Shown in pieces: positions 1 through 8,621 of a DNA stretch of 24,000 nt. The notes below the pieces were generated by a model. It saw nothing but the letters and a program-made list of their open reading frames with translations. It did no database searches and was not told the DNA's origin. Every line of letters starts with the position of its first letter. The first letter of the stretch is position 1. This stretch comes from Candidatus Omnitrophota bacterium (GTDB taxonomy: Bacteria; Omnitrophota; Gorgyraeia; Velamenicoccales; Velamenicoccaceae). A program made the position numbers and the translations under genes. Location of the stretch: assembly GCA_016235185.1 (NCBI GenBank), contig JACRLT010000042.1:37917-61916 (forward strand). The letters run 5' to 3'.

Positions 1-960
1 CTCATGGTCCATATAGTGGACATTACTGCGGAAGACCTCTGTGATCCGTGTCGCAAGCGGACTATCCACGTAAATCGGGATAGGCGCAATAGAACCCTCT
101 TTTAAAAGCTCGCTTATAAAATACACAACTTCCTGTGTGCGTTCCAGGGCAAACGAAGGAATGATGATCTTCCCTTTTCTTGCCACTGTACGGTTGATCG
201 CCTCGCGCAGCTTACCTTTTGCATCAGAGATAGGCGTGTGCAGCCTCCCGCCGTAGGTCGACTCTAAGATAAGATAATCCAGGCCAGTCAAAATAGTGGG
301 ATTATTCAGCAAAGGCAGCTGTTTGCGGCCCAGATCCACTGCATAGCCTAAACGCAGGACCTTATGCTGCATCCTGATCTCAAGGAATACGACGCTCGCG
401 CCAAGGATATGGCCCGCATCGTAAAATGTCAAAGTCACATCATTGGTTATTTTGAATTTTTGTCCGTAGTGGAGCGGCCTAAAATGCGAGATCGAACGGA
501 TCGCTTCATGCTCTGTATACAACGGCCCGCGTATCATAACAGGTTCGGGCCGTCTTCGGCCCCTGGGCCTGCCCTTGGACCTCGAGGCTATTTTTCTTAA
601 ATAACGGAAGTCTTCGGCCTGCACACGGCCCGAATCAGCCAACATAAGTTTGCATAGGTCGCGAGTGGCAGAAGTAGTGTAGATCTTGGAATGTAGGCCG
701 TGCTTTAACAGCGTAGGTATGTTGCCGCAATGGTCTATATGGGCGTGCGATAAGATGAGGGCATTTATGCGCTGCGGTTGGTAAGCAAAAGTCGTATTGA
801 CTTCAAAAAACTCTTCACGCCTGCCGTAAAAAAGGCCCGCATCGATCAAGATCTTAGATTTCGGCGTAGTGAGCAAATGGCTTGAACCGGTTACCGTCCG
901 GACACCGCCCAAAAATTGAAGTTTGACTAAGCCGTGGTGGCTTATCTTATGTTTTTTCAT
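1..960 (-). CDS. MBL-fold / beta-CASP RNA exonuclease-like metallo-hydrolase (3' end outside window)
   Basis: My minus-strand translation gives MKKHKISHHGLVKLQFLGGVRTVTGSSHLL..LIDAGLF..ALILSHAHIDHCGNIP and, near the window edge, PIYVDSPLATRITEVF. These are typical of the metallo-beta-lactamase core (HxHxDH) plus a beta-CASP domain. Confidence 0.88.
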   Translation of the reverse strand, partial: MKKHKISHHGLVKLQFLGGVRTVTGSSHLLTTPKSKILIDAGLFYGRREEFFEVNTTFAYQPQRINALILSHAHIDHCGNIPTLLKHGLHSKIYTTSATRDLCKLMLADSGRVQAEDFRYLRKIASRSKGRPRGRRRPEPVMIRGPLYTEHEAIRSISHFRPLHYGQKFKITNDVTLTFYDAGHILGASVVFLEIRMQHKVLRLGYAVDLGRKQLPLLNNPTILTGLDYLILESTYGGRLHTPISDAKGKLREAINRTVARKGKIIIPSFALERTQEVVYFISELLKEGSIAPIPIYVDSPLATRITEVFRSNVHYMDHE

Positions 961-1078
961 TAATTTTGACTTTTCGGATTTTATTTCCCTTCAAAATTAA
1001 CTCCGAAGCTTACCCCCACTGTTTCGTTTTGCTTTCGCAAAGCGAAACAAAACGGTGGGGGTGTTTAAGCAAGGAGTC
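960..1078 (-). promoter_or_regulatory. Structured 5'-leader element, copy A (upstream of beta-CASP gene)
   Basis: TTAATTTTGA(960-969)/TCAAAATTAA(991-1000); CTCCGAAGCTT..AAGCAAGGAG outer stem; long ACCCCCAC...GTGGGGGT hairpin. Confidence 0.65.
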
Positions 1079-1092
1079 TTACCTCTGTCCTT

Positions 1093-1620
1093 TTACTTCT
1101 CACGTATCTCCCTGCCCAGGCGCGGCTGCCGTCCGGATTCTTCCAAAAGGGCCTCAAGCATAACCTGCATATCGCCAAAGCTGTAAAAACCGCTATACGA
1201 GCCGCGGATATATCCGTCCCTATCGATCAGGTAAAAAGACGGCCAGGTCGTGCTATCGTAGGCATCACGTATGGAAGAATCATCGTCTACGACTACCGGA
1301 AATAAGATCTCCAGCTTATCGATCTTCTTAAAGAGCTCGCTTTCGGACCTGTTGAATTCCCATTCCGGCGTATGGACGCCCACGATCTCAAGCCCTTTGT
1401 TCCTGTACCGGAAATACCACTGGTTAAGGTTGGCTGCCGCGCTCTCGCAATTCGGGTCGTTCAAGGTCCAGAAAAACACAATGACGACCTTGCCGATCAT
1501 GGCCTTTAGAGCCGGGGCCTTTTTGTAAGGCGAGGCATTAAACCAGACCTTGCCCTTTATTTCAGGTGCCCTGCGCTGCTCCTGCGCCGACGATACGCCC
1601 GCGCATGCCAAAAACATCAT
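1093..1620 (-). CDS. TlpA/ResA-like thioredoxin-fold exported protein
   Basis: The ORF extends to 1953, but the signal peptide starts at MMFLACAGVSSAQ and the upstream part is repeat sequence. Motifs: VVIFFWTLNDPNCESAAANLNQW.., STTWPSFYLIDRDGYIRGSYSG. The classic CxxC is absent (NDPNC). Confidence 0.7.
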   Translation of the reverse strand: MMFLACAGVSSAQEQRRAPEIKGKVWFNASPYKKAPALKAMIGKVVIVFFWTLNDPNCESAAANLNQWYFRYRNKGLEIVGVHTPEWEFNRSESELFKKIDKLEILFPVVVDDDSSIRDAYDSTTWPSFYLIDRDGYIRGSYSGFYSFGDMQVMLEALLEESGRQPRLGREIREK

Positions 1621-1730
1621 GATCAACGAAAGATTTACGGCCTTTGAAATACCATTATTATGGAAGAACGCAGAAGTAATGGAAGATTCTTTAAGCGCAC
1701 AATCAGGGATTTTTTGGCACATTCGACTAC

Positions 1731-1793
1731 GTCCTTCGACAAGCCGAAGGACTCCGCTCAGTGCCAATGGTGAGCGAAGTCGAATCCATTGGC
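1731..1793. repeat. Imperfect palindromic intergenic repeat
   Basis: ATTCGACT(1731)...AGTCGAAT(1778-1785); internal CCTTCG-acaagc-CGAAGG; GCCAATGG...CCATTGGC. Confidence 0.6.
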
Positions 1794-1921
1794 AAGGGTC
1801 TGCAAGGGATTGTATTTTAGCTGTAGCGACACGTTCTTTGGAGCGTAACAGCGAAAATACAAACCGTAGCAGACGGCAAAAAATACCGTGCGCAAAGAAG
1901 CTTCCATCACTTTTGCGTAAG

Positions 1922-2461
1922 TCAACTATACTTCGAGGGCCTATTGAGATCATGGCAGAGAGAATTGACTTCTGTTTTTAGTTTCTCGATCAGGGTCTCG
2001 TACTGCTGCTTGATATCTTCGTGATACCGGACAGCTTTTAAAAGCGCCCGGAAAGACTCTCTCTCCCTCTGCTTGACTACGTTCTTGACCGTCACATCTA
2101 TGCCGACGGCAAAACTGCCTACCGGTTCTCCCTTTTTATTTTTCATTACGATCGCCGACCACGAGATGCTTTTCTTATCGCCGTACTTGGTCACCAGGGT
2201 AAACTCTACATTCTTATAATTCTCCTTGAATGCCGCGCCTATGCTATTTAAGACTTCTTTCCTGTATTCGCCGTCGGGATATAGGAACTCCATTATCTTC
2301 TTATTGCATATCGCTTCTTTTTTAGTATATCCGGTGATCTCCTCTGCCGCCTTGTTCCAAATAAGGATGTTGCCTTCTATGTCAAAGGCAGTAAGGAGAA
2401 CATTAGCGCTGTCAATAAGCTGTTTATAAAGCTCGATATCTTTGTCCAGTAATTTACGCAT
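1922..2461 (-). CDS. Stand-alone PAS domain protein
   Basis: ORF with LLTAFDIEGNILIWNKAAEEITGYTKKEAI...GSFAVGIDVT, a classic PAS/PAC pattern with no recognisable output domain. Confidence 0.8.
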   Translation of the reverse strand: MRKLLDKDIELYKQLIDSANVLLTAFDIEGNILIWNKAAEEITGYTKKEAICNKKIMEFLYPDGEYRKEVLNSIGAAFKENYKNVEFTLVTKYGDKKSISWSAIVMKNKKGEPVGSFAVGIDVTVKNVVKQRERESFRALLKAVRYHEDIKQQYETLIEKLKTEVNSLCHDLNRPSKYS

Positions 2462-2464
2462 TGA

Positions 2465-2568
2465 GCACCTTAATTTTGCATATTTTAGGTGGTTTTTTCC
2501 TACAAAATTAACTCCGCAGCCTACCTCAAAATTATCGAAGAGAATTTTGAGGTGTCAAGGCAAGGAGC
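2465..2568 (-). promoter_or_regulatory. Structured 5'-leader element, copy B (upstream of PAS gene)
   Basis: TTAATTTTG(2470-2478)/CAAAATTAA(2503-2511); CTCCGCAGCCT..AGGCAAGGAG; apical ACCTCAAAATT/AATTTTGAGGT. Confidence 0.65.
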
Positions 2569-2601
2569 GACCTTTTATCATTTTAGCGAAACCCCTATAG
2601 T

Positions 2602-3120
2602 TTAGAGCGCCAGTTTTGATTTGATCCCACCGCTGGAGCTGATCTCCACGATCTCAATGACCTTGACCTTTAAAATTGCGAACTTTTCCGGCAAAGAGAA
2701 CTCCAAAGGCGAAGCCTTCTCTCCTGTGCGCAGGTTAAAAAGGATGCGCTCCACCGTGAATTTTGTCTTTATATCCTGGAACTCATCGGAAAGTTTTTTA
2801 AACTCCTCGCCCTTCTCTAGAATATCTACGGTGCCGTTAAGCTGGTAACCGGTCAAAGTGCGGTCATCGATAAAAGAAACAGAAATGCGAGGATTCTCCG
2901 ATAAGTTGGAAAACGTCTTGCCCATGACATAATCAACGAGATAAATAATATTGCTGTGCACCTTGGCGATAAGCTTGGGCGCGACATTCGGCATGCGCTC
3001 GCAACTGCATGTCGCAACATTCACGAATTTTCCCGTAGACAGGTACGGCAATAGGCCGTGGAGAAAATTCTCCTTTTCGGCAGGCGTTACTTTTTCAACA
3101 ACTCTTTTTCTCTTTTCCAT
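2602..3120 (-). CDS. Pyridoxamine 5'-phosphate oxidase-like (split-barrel) protein
   Basis: ORF with LLPYLSTGKFVNVATCSCERMPNVAPKL..IIYLVDYVMGKTFSNLSENPRISVSFID, PNPOx-like. Confidence 0.7.
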   Translation of the reverse strand: MEKRKRVVEKVTPAEKENFLHGLLPYLSTGKFVNVATCSCERMPNVAPKLIAKVHSNIIYLVDYVMGKTFSNLSENPRISVSFIDDRTLTGYQLNGTVDILEKGEEFKKLSDEFQDIKTKFTVERILFNLRTGEKASPLEFSLPEKFAILKVKVIEIVEISSSGGIKSKLAL

Positions 3121-3129
3121 GTCAAGCCG

Positions 3130-3813
3130 TCATTGGTGATAAAATCTTTTCTTGGACCCTTCCCTTACAAGGAATTGGGTAAGGTCCACCCTTTCTGGGT
3201 TGGATGGGCAAATGCCTTGCAAAATACACTCAAGACACTTAGGTTTTTTGGCAACGCAGGTTTGGCGGCCGTGCCAGATAAGCCTCAAAGTAAAATCCCC
3301 CCATTCTTTTCTATCCAACTGCTTGGCGAGGTCCTGCTCTATTTTTACCGGATCGCTGTTCTTCGTCAGGCCCAGCCGTTGGCTTACACGGTTGACATGC
3401 GTATCTACCGCTATGCCCTCATTCTTACCAAAGGCGTTATATAAGACTACGTTTGCTGTCTTTCTGGCCACGCCAGGTAATGTCAACAGGCCATCCATGT
3501 TATCCGGCACTTTTCCGTTAAAATCTTTTAAGATCATATTGGCGCAGGCAATAATATTTTTTGCCTTGTTGCGGTAAAATCCGGTGGATCGGATCTCCTG
3601 CTCGAATGCACTTAGGTCAGCCTTGGCATAATCCCTTATATCCTTGTATTTCTTAAAAAGGCCTCCTGTCACGATATTGACCCGGGCATCTGTGCACTGG
3701 GCCGAAAGGATAGTCGATACAAGCAACTGCCACGGATTTGCGGATTTTAAAGCTATCCTCGGCCTGGGATACTTTTTTTTAAGAAGCGCAACAACTTCCT
3801 TTATGCCTGTCAT
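3130..3813 (-). CDS. nth: Endonuclease III
   Basis: ORF with LVSTILSAQCTDARVN, LLTLPGVARKTANVVL, VDTHVNRVSQRLGL and the C-x6-C-x2-C-x5-C Fe-S cluster (CVAKKPKCLECILQGIC). Confidence 0.95.
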   Translation of the reverse strand: MTGIKEVVALLKKKYPRPRIALKSANPWQLLVSTILSAQCTDARVNIVTGGLFKKYKDIRDYAKADLSAFEQEIRSTGFYRNKAKNIIACANMILKDFNGKVPDNMDGLLTLPGVARKTANVVLYNAFGKNEGIAVDTHVNRVSQRLGLTKNSDPVKIEQDLAKQLDRKEWGDFTLRLIWHGRQTCVAKKPKCLECILQGICPSNPERVDLTQFLVREGSKKRFYHQ

Positions 3814-4457
3814 TTACAGTATTTTACAGGTTTGCCCGTCGCTGAACTAAAAAATAAAAGATCCATGTGGCCTATCGGGATATTGATACGTTTTGAAAAT
3901 TGCAACATCTTCTGTTCTATTTCAAGGTACTTCTTTGGAGTCAGGCTCTTCGGTAACTCTTCTATTGCGCTCAATTCTTTCAGGCGCCTCAAAATATGAC
4001 GGTCAAGGATCGCGAGTTTCTCGCCCTGCCCTACATTCCTTAAAAAATGGCTTGCCTCTTTATATCCCAAGCCTGAAACATTTTTCACCAGCCACTCCCG
4101 CACCGAAGAAGGATCGCCGCAAAAAACTTTTTCTTTTATCCTCAAATCCTTGGCACGGGAAAAAAACTTCCGGGCAGCCACCAGGCGGCATGCCTTCTGA
4201 TTGTAAAACCGCGCATACTTTAAAAAAGGGCCCAACTGACGCCTGTTACCTTCAAGTAAAAGTTTTTTCCCTTTAAGGCGGGTTATGATCTTTTTGCAAT
4301 TTTCAGCATTCGCCCCGGCCGTCAGCAAACAAAAACACAACTCTTCAAAAATACGGCTCTGTGCGGCAACGCGCAGCTTCCGGAAATCCAAAAGCCTTTT
4401 TTCGATTTCCCTTCTTTTTGACCTATAGGACTTCTTTAATTCGAGAATAGGATCCAT
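3810..4457 (-). CDS. N-glycosylase/DNA lyase, Ogg2-type 8-oxoguanine DNA glycosylase
   Basis: HhH-type signature LVKNVSGLGYKEASHFLRNVG..LAILDRHILRRL. Overlaps nth by 4 nt. Confidence 0.82.
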   Translation of the reverse strand: MDPILELKKSYRSKRREIEKRLLDFRKLRVAAQSRIFEELCFCLLTAGANAENCKKIITRLKGKKLLLEGNRRQLGPFLKYARFYNQKACRLVAARKFFSRAKDLRIKEKVFCGDPSSVREWLVKNVSGLGYKEASHFLRNVGQGEKLAILDRHILRRLKELSAIEELPKSLTPKKYLEIEQKMLQFSKRINIPIGHMDLLFFSSATGKPVKYCK

Positions 4458-4882
4458 CAGGCGGCAGGTTGACTTTCGGGTTTACCGCCTTCGGGCTGCA
4501 ATTTTTTGTGGGTCCTAAGGGTTACCTGTATCATCTGGACCAGTTGGTCAAAGGTATAATTCTTGGCGAAAAACCCGGAGATGCCCAATTCCTTGGCGCG
4601 GGTGATCTTTTCGTCGTGGCCGTAGGCGGCTGTAACCATGATAATAGGCAATTCCTTATTAAATTCACGTATGTTCTTTAATGCCTCCAGGCCATCCATG
4701 ACAGGCATGTTGATATCCATGAACATTATATCGGGTGCGCCTGCTTTAACGCGCTCAACCGCCTCCTTGCCGTTACGGCAAGTAGCCACAGAGTACCCTC
4801 GAGATTTTAACCAAAAGGCAATGGGTTCTATAAAATCATTTTCATCGTCTACCAACAAAACGCCGATCTCTTTATTCTCCAT
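4457..4882 (-). CDS. Response regulator receiver protein
   Basis: REC domain: GVLLVDDENDFIEP, DIMFMDINMPVMDGLEAL, PIIMVTAAYG, GISGFFAKNY. Confidence 0.92.
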   Translation of the reverse strand: MENKEIGVLLVDDENDFIEPIAFWLKSRGYSVATCRNGKEAVERVKAGAPDIMFMDINMPVMDGLEALKNIREFNKELPIIMVTAAYGHDEKITRAKELGISGFFAKNYTFDQLVQMIQVTLRTHKKLQPEGGKPESQPAA

Positions 4883-4889
4883 GGACTCT

Positions 4890-6377
4890 TTATATTCCTT
4901 TCCTCTTAACAGGCAGCGTGAAGATAAATCTGGCGCCTTGCCCCTTTTCGCTTTCCGCCCGGATCACGCCGGAATGAAGTTCTACGATCTCCTTGGCTAT
5001 AGAAAGGCCTAATCCTGTGCCGCTGATATCCGTCTGCCTGCGTTCGCCTACCTGTAAAAATCTTTCGAAAACCTTTTCCAGGTCTTCTTTGGCAATGCCG
5101 ATGCCTGTATCCTGGACGCTGACCTCGACATCTGTGCCGCCATTTGTTGACTTAGCCTCGACGATCACGCAGCCGCCCTTAGGTGTGAATTTCAAAGCGT
5201 TGCCTATCAGATTATTAAGTATCTGGATGATCCTGTTCGGGTCAATATGCAGCACTGGCAGGCCGGGCTCAACCTTGCGCTCCAAACCTATCTCTTTAGA
5301 ATTAGCCCAACTGCTTAGACCTTCACAGGCATCCTGCACCACACGGCCGATCTCGGCATCTACCATCTCCAATTTCATCTTTCCTGCTTCAAGCTTGGAA
5401 AAATCCAAAATATCATTGATAAGCCTGCCCAATCTATCAAGATTGCGCTTGGCAATATCCAAAAACCGCGCCTGGTCTTCTGTCAACGAGCCTGCCGAAC
5501 GATCCCCTATTACCTCTAAAGCCTTTTGCGTCGCAACAATAGGCGTGCGCAATTCGTGCGTAACGGTCGAAACAAATTGAGATTTTAAACGATCCAACTC
5601 CTTTTGCTTAGTGACATCCGTCAGCACAGAGACCATGCCGACAGTCTGGCCGTTTTCATTTTCAACGAGCGCGCTGGAAGAGCGGATTATCTTTTTCGTC
5701 TCCTGCTGCATGGTATTAAGTTCTACTACCTTTTCGCCCTTGCCTGCTGTATCGCTGACAATAGAAACTATCTCTTCGTCTTTCAAATCTTCTGTAAGTT
5801 GATGGCCTATCTTCTGCTGTTTAGTAACTCCAAGAAGCTTTTCTGCCGCGGGATTCATCATAACAACTTCACCCTTGGCGTTAACTACGACAAGCCCTTC
5901 GGCCAGGCTCTGGACTATGGCCTCCGTCTGGTTCTTCTCGGTTACGACATTCTTGTATTTTAAATGGGTGATCTCGTTTTCCTTATCTTTTTCTGCGATG
6001 ACGGTTTCATACCTGCTCTTCATCTGTGCAGTGGCTTCGGTCACTTTATGCTCTACCTTCTGCGCCACCGCCGCGGTGAGTTGCCGCGCAATCTCCCCGC
6101 TTTTATCTTTTAAACCGACGACAGAAGCCAATTGCCGCTCTATAGTATTTTCCAGATCTCTATCATAGGCCCTGGGAGCAACAACGCCTGAAACTTCGAC
6201 TTTCTTATTTGCACGCGCCATGCGCGTCAATATAATGGATACGATGACACCGATAACAATGGCTATTATATAAAACGGCCCCGGAGTAATTGTGACCACC
6301 TGGTCCGCCTCCTCGGCATATGCGGCTTGCGCAAAAACCAAAAAACCTATAAAAAGCGATCCTGAAAACTTCTTCAT
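4890..6377 (-). CDS. Membrane-anchored PAS histidine kinase
   Basis: Signal/TM N-terminus, PAS (AIVQSLAEGLVVVNAKGEVVMMNPAAEKLLG), HisKA (FVSTVTHELRTPI), HATPase (NNLIGNALKFTPKGG; GTGLGLSIAKEIVELHSG). Confidence 0.93.
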   Translation of the reverse strand: MKKFSGSLFIGFLVFAQAAYAEEADQVVTITPGPFYIIAIVIGVIVSIILTRMARANKKVEVSGVVAPRAYDRDLENTIERQLASVVGLKDKSGEIARQLTAAVAQKVEHKVTEATAQMKSRYETVIAEKDKENEITHLKYKNVVTEKNQTEAIVQSLAEGLVVVNAKGEVVMMNPAAEKLLGVTKQQKIGHQLTEDLKDEEIVSIVSDTAGKGEKVVELNTMQQETKKIIRSSSALVENENGQTVGMVSVLTDVTKQKELDRLKSQFVSTVTHELRTPIVATQKALEVIGDRSAGSLTEDQARFLDIAKRNLDRLGRLINDILDFSKLEAGKMKLEMVDAEIGRVVQDACEGLSSWANSKEIGLERKVEPGLPVLHIDPNRIIQILNNLIGNALKFTPKGGCVIVEAKSTNGGTDVEVSVQDTGIGIAKEDLEKVFERFLQVGERRQTDISGTGLGLSIAKEIVELHSGVIRAESEKGQGARFIFTLPVKRKGI

Positions 6378-6790
6378 TTTTTGTCCATCTGCCCTGTCGG
6401 CGGGGTGAATACCACTGTCTTGCCTGTGGCGGTCATATTCCTTTTAGTAGAAAGAAGCTTACCGCACAAAGGCATATCATTTCCCTTATCCTCGATATAC
6501 TGAATATCGATAATAGCATCAGCCCCTGCAGCCCTGGCCCTCTTTATGAGCTCCTTATTAAAGGCCTCCTTTGAAGTACCGTGCTGCGCCATTACCTTGA
6601 CCGAACCGATCTCAAAATAAGGCCTGCCGACTTCCTGGCCTTCGGTGTAGATCTCGATAGGAGCGTCTTCGGGCTTAGGCGACAAAACACTGCCCGTTAT
6701 ATCATAATATTCTGAATGGATAAGAAGACATCTGGAACACCCCGCAATAGCCATAAACATAAAAATACCTAAAATAATTTTTTTCATCAT
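6374..6790 (-). CDS. Small putative lipoprotein (YbjQ-like fold possible)
   Basis: N-terminal lipobox-like MKKIILGIFMFMAIAGC; downstream KELIKRARAAGADAIIDIQY. Immediately upstream of the kinase with 4-nt overlap. Confidence 0.65.
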   Translation of the reverse strand: MMKKIILGIFMFMAIAGCSRCLLIHSEYYDITGSVLSPKPEDAPIEIYTEGQEVGRPYFEIGSVKVMAQHGTSKEAFNKELIKRARAAGADAIIDIQYIEDKGNDMPLCGKLLSTKRNMTATGKTVVFTPPTGQMDKK

Positions 6791-6829
6791 TGGATTCCTT
6801 TCGTTGATCTATATAACTATTTATACATC

Positions 6830-6936
6830 CGCGGCCTAAAACCGCGCCCTTTAAGGGCGCGAATGGTTGTGGCCGCTTGAGTATTCCGCCCAAAGCTTGC
6901 CCTCCTAAAGGAGGGGAACCCCGGGCTTTAGCCCGG
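6830..6936. repeat. Cluster of four consecutive GC-rich micro-hairpins
   Basis: CGCGGcctaaaaCCGCG; CGCGCCCTTTAAGGGCGCG; CCTCCtaaaGGAGG; CCGGGCtttaGCCCGG. Confidence 0.6.
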
Positions 6937-6982
6937 ATGGGCTCCATTATATAGGGAATTGCGCAAAATCGGAAGATTTTTT

Positions 6983-8089
6983 TCAAATCAGGCGGGAACA
7001 GATCTCATCTAAAACAACCATGCCAGATAGGGTCGCTTTCAAGCGAAGCTTCTCTTGGCTCAATAACCCGTGTTCAATAAGATCGTAAATAACCGCTTTC
7101 TTCTCTTTAGGCAATATGACTTCAAACCTTTGCTCCAGATCGGAGACATCCACTCCTTCGGCCAACCTTAGGCCTATGAGCAGTGTCTCCATAAAACGCT
7201 CTTCTTGCGTCAATTTCTCCTGGCCCTCCATAGCCCGGGGCTTTTCTTTCATCATATCAAGGTAGGTTTCTATCGTAGCACCATTCCAATATCTATGGCC
7301 GTTTAAGTGTGAGTGGGCTGCAACGCCCATGCCTATATAATTTCCGCCCCTCCAATAATTAATGTTATGCCTGCATGGATACCCCTGTTTGGCAAAATTG
7401 CTTACCTCGTAATGAAAAAAACCGTGACGCTCTAACGATTGCGAAACAAAAAGATACTCATCCCCCTGTTTTACATTAGTAGGCGGTTCTATGTTGCGAA
7501 GGTAAAATTGAGAACCTTCACAAATAGAGAGCGTATAAAGCGAGATGTGCTCGCTGCCAAAAGACGCAAGGCCAAAAACATCCTCTTCTATTTCTTTTCT
7601 CGTCTGGCCCGGCAAGGAATAGATAAGGTCCAGGTTAATATTTTTAAACCCTGCATCCCTTAAGGCCTCAAAAGAAGAAAGGGCCTGCGTTCTGGTGTGC
7701 GGCCTGCCCAAAAATTCCAAATACTTGTCATTAAGCGACTGTACCCCGAGGCTCATGCGGTTGGCTCCTGAATCAAAGATCGTTTTAGCCTTCTGTGCAT
7801 CAAACGTAGCAGGATTAGCCTCCATAGTTATTTCGGCTCCGTCTTCGATCACAAAATTAGACCGTATGATCTCAAATAGCGTTCTTATGTCAAGAACGCT
7901 TAAATACGTCGGCGTCCCGCCGCCTATATAGACAGTGCTGACACTTTGGCCTTTATAGCCTGAAGCCTCTTTATCCAAGGCATCCAGATACGGCCCTATC
8001 AGATCATCTTTTTTCTCAAACGAAGAGAACGAACAATAGAAACACTTGGACTGACAAAATGGGATGTGGATGTATAAGGAAGGGTTCAT
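6983..8089 (-). CDS. hemW: Radical SAM, HemW-like (coproporphyrinogen III oxidase-like)
   Basis: SLYIHIPFCQSKCFYCSF (CxxxCxxC), STVYIGGGTPTYLS, RMSLGVQSLNDKYLEFLGRPH, NINLDLIYSLPGQT, HYEVSNFAKQG. Confidence 0.9.
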   Translation of the reverse strand: MNPSLYIHIPFCQSKCFYCSFSSFEKKDDLIGPYLDALDKEASGYKGQSVSTVYIGGGTPTYLSVLDIRTLFEIIRSNFVIEDGAEITMEANPATFDAQKAKTIFDSGANRMSLGVQSLNDKYLEFLGRPHTRTQALSSFEALRDAGFKNINLDLIYSLPGQTRKEIEEDVFGLASFGSEHISLYTLSICEGSQFYLRNIEPPTNVKQGDEYLFVSQSLERHGFFHYEVSNFAKQGYPCRHNINYWRGGNYIGMGVAAHSHLNGHRYWNGATIETYLDMMKEKPRAMEGQEKLTQEERFMETLLIGLRLAEGVDVSDLEQRFEVILPKEKKAVIYDLIEHGLLSQEKLRLKATLSGMVVLDEICSRLI

Positions 8090-8204
8090 ACCGTGAAATA
8101 GACGCTAAGAATTAATTTATCCCGCTTCGCAAAATGTGTTAAAATTCTCTACGATAATTTTAACACGCTTACGCGGGATTTCGCTGGAATAGGCATCAAT
8201 GTGC

Positions 8205-8591
8205 TCAAAATGATCTGAAATTCTTGACGTATTCGGCGAGAAACTGCTTTGTGCTTTGGTCGATCTCGGTAAATTCCAAGCCAACCCGATAAGTCGCTGA
8301 ATCACCCTGCGAAGAACAATATCGCACTATTCCTTTGGCATGGATCTTAACATCCCCCTCCTCTTTTGTAGGGAGGTCAAAAGCAATGTCCAATTCGGTA
8401 TTTCGCGGTAACATTACCTCGGAGATAAAACCAATACCACCCTCGCCCAGATCGACCAGGCAGACGGTTTCGCTGCTGCCCCCGAGCTTCATTTTTACTT
8501 CAGGAGGATGTTCAACAGAATAAAAGAGGTCTGTCTTTAAAAGCGCCCTTTCGGATTTACGCCTATCAACCCCCCAGAATGAATCGTCCAT
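8205..8591 (-). CDS. PilZ domain protein
   Basis: RRKSERALLKTDLFY..., VDLGEGGIGFISE; PilZ-type R(x)xxR and (D/N)xSxxG-like pattern. Confidence 0.7.
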   Translation of the reverse strand: MDDSFWGVDRRKSERALLKTDLFYSVEHPPEVKMKLGGSSETVCLVDLGEGGIGFISEVMLPRNTELDIAFDLPTKEEGDVKIHAKGIVRYCSSQGDSATYRVGLEFTEIDQSTKQFLAEYVKNFRSF

Positions 8592-8621
8592 ATTTTCACC
8601 TTCCGTTGCCTGCTTTAAAAC

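Noticed and set aside
960-1078. Structured elements as integron attC sites
   Set aside because: Variable hairpin between conserved ends is attC-like, but the RYYYAAC/GTTRRRY core sites are absent, no integrase is present, and downstream genes are ordinary housekeeping-type genes.
1620-1953. N-terminal 111 aa of the ORF at 1093-1953 as real protein
   Set aside because: It precedes an obvious signal peptide and translates a palindromic repeat, so it is an over-extended start.
4993-5580. 195-aa plus-strand ORF
   Set aside because: Antisense to the conserved histidine kinase; low-complexity Ser/Pro content typical of shadow ORFs.
6702-6986. 94-aa ORF on minus strand
   Set aside because: Runs through the four-hairpin intergenic region and overlaps the lipoprotein gene; no signature.
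8117-8305. 62-aa minus ORF
   Set aside because: Overlaps the PilZ gene end in another frame, no recognisable features.
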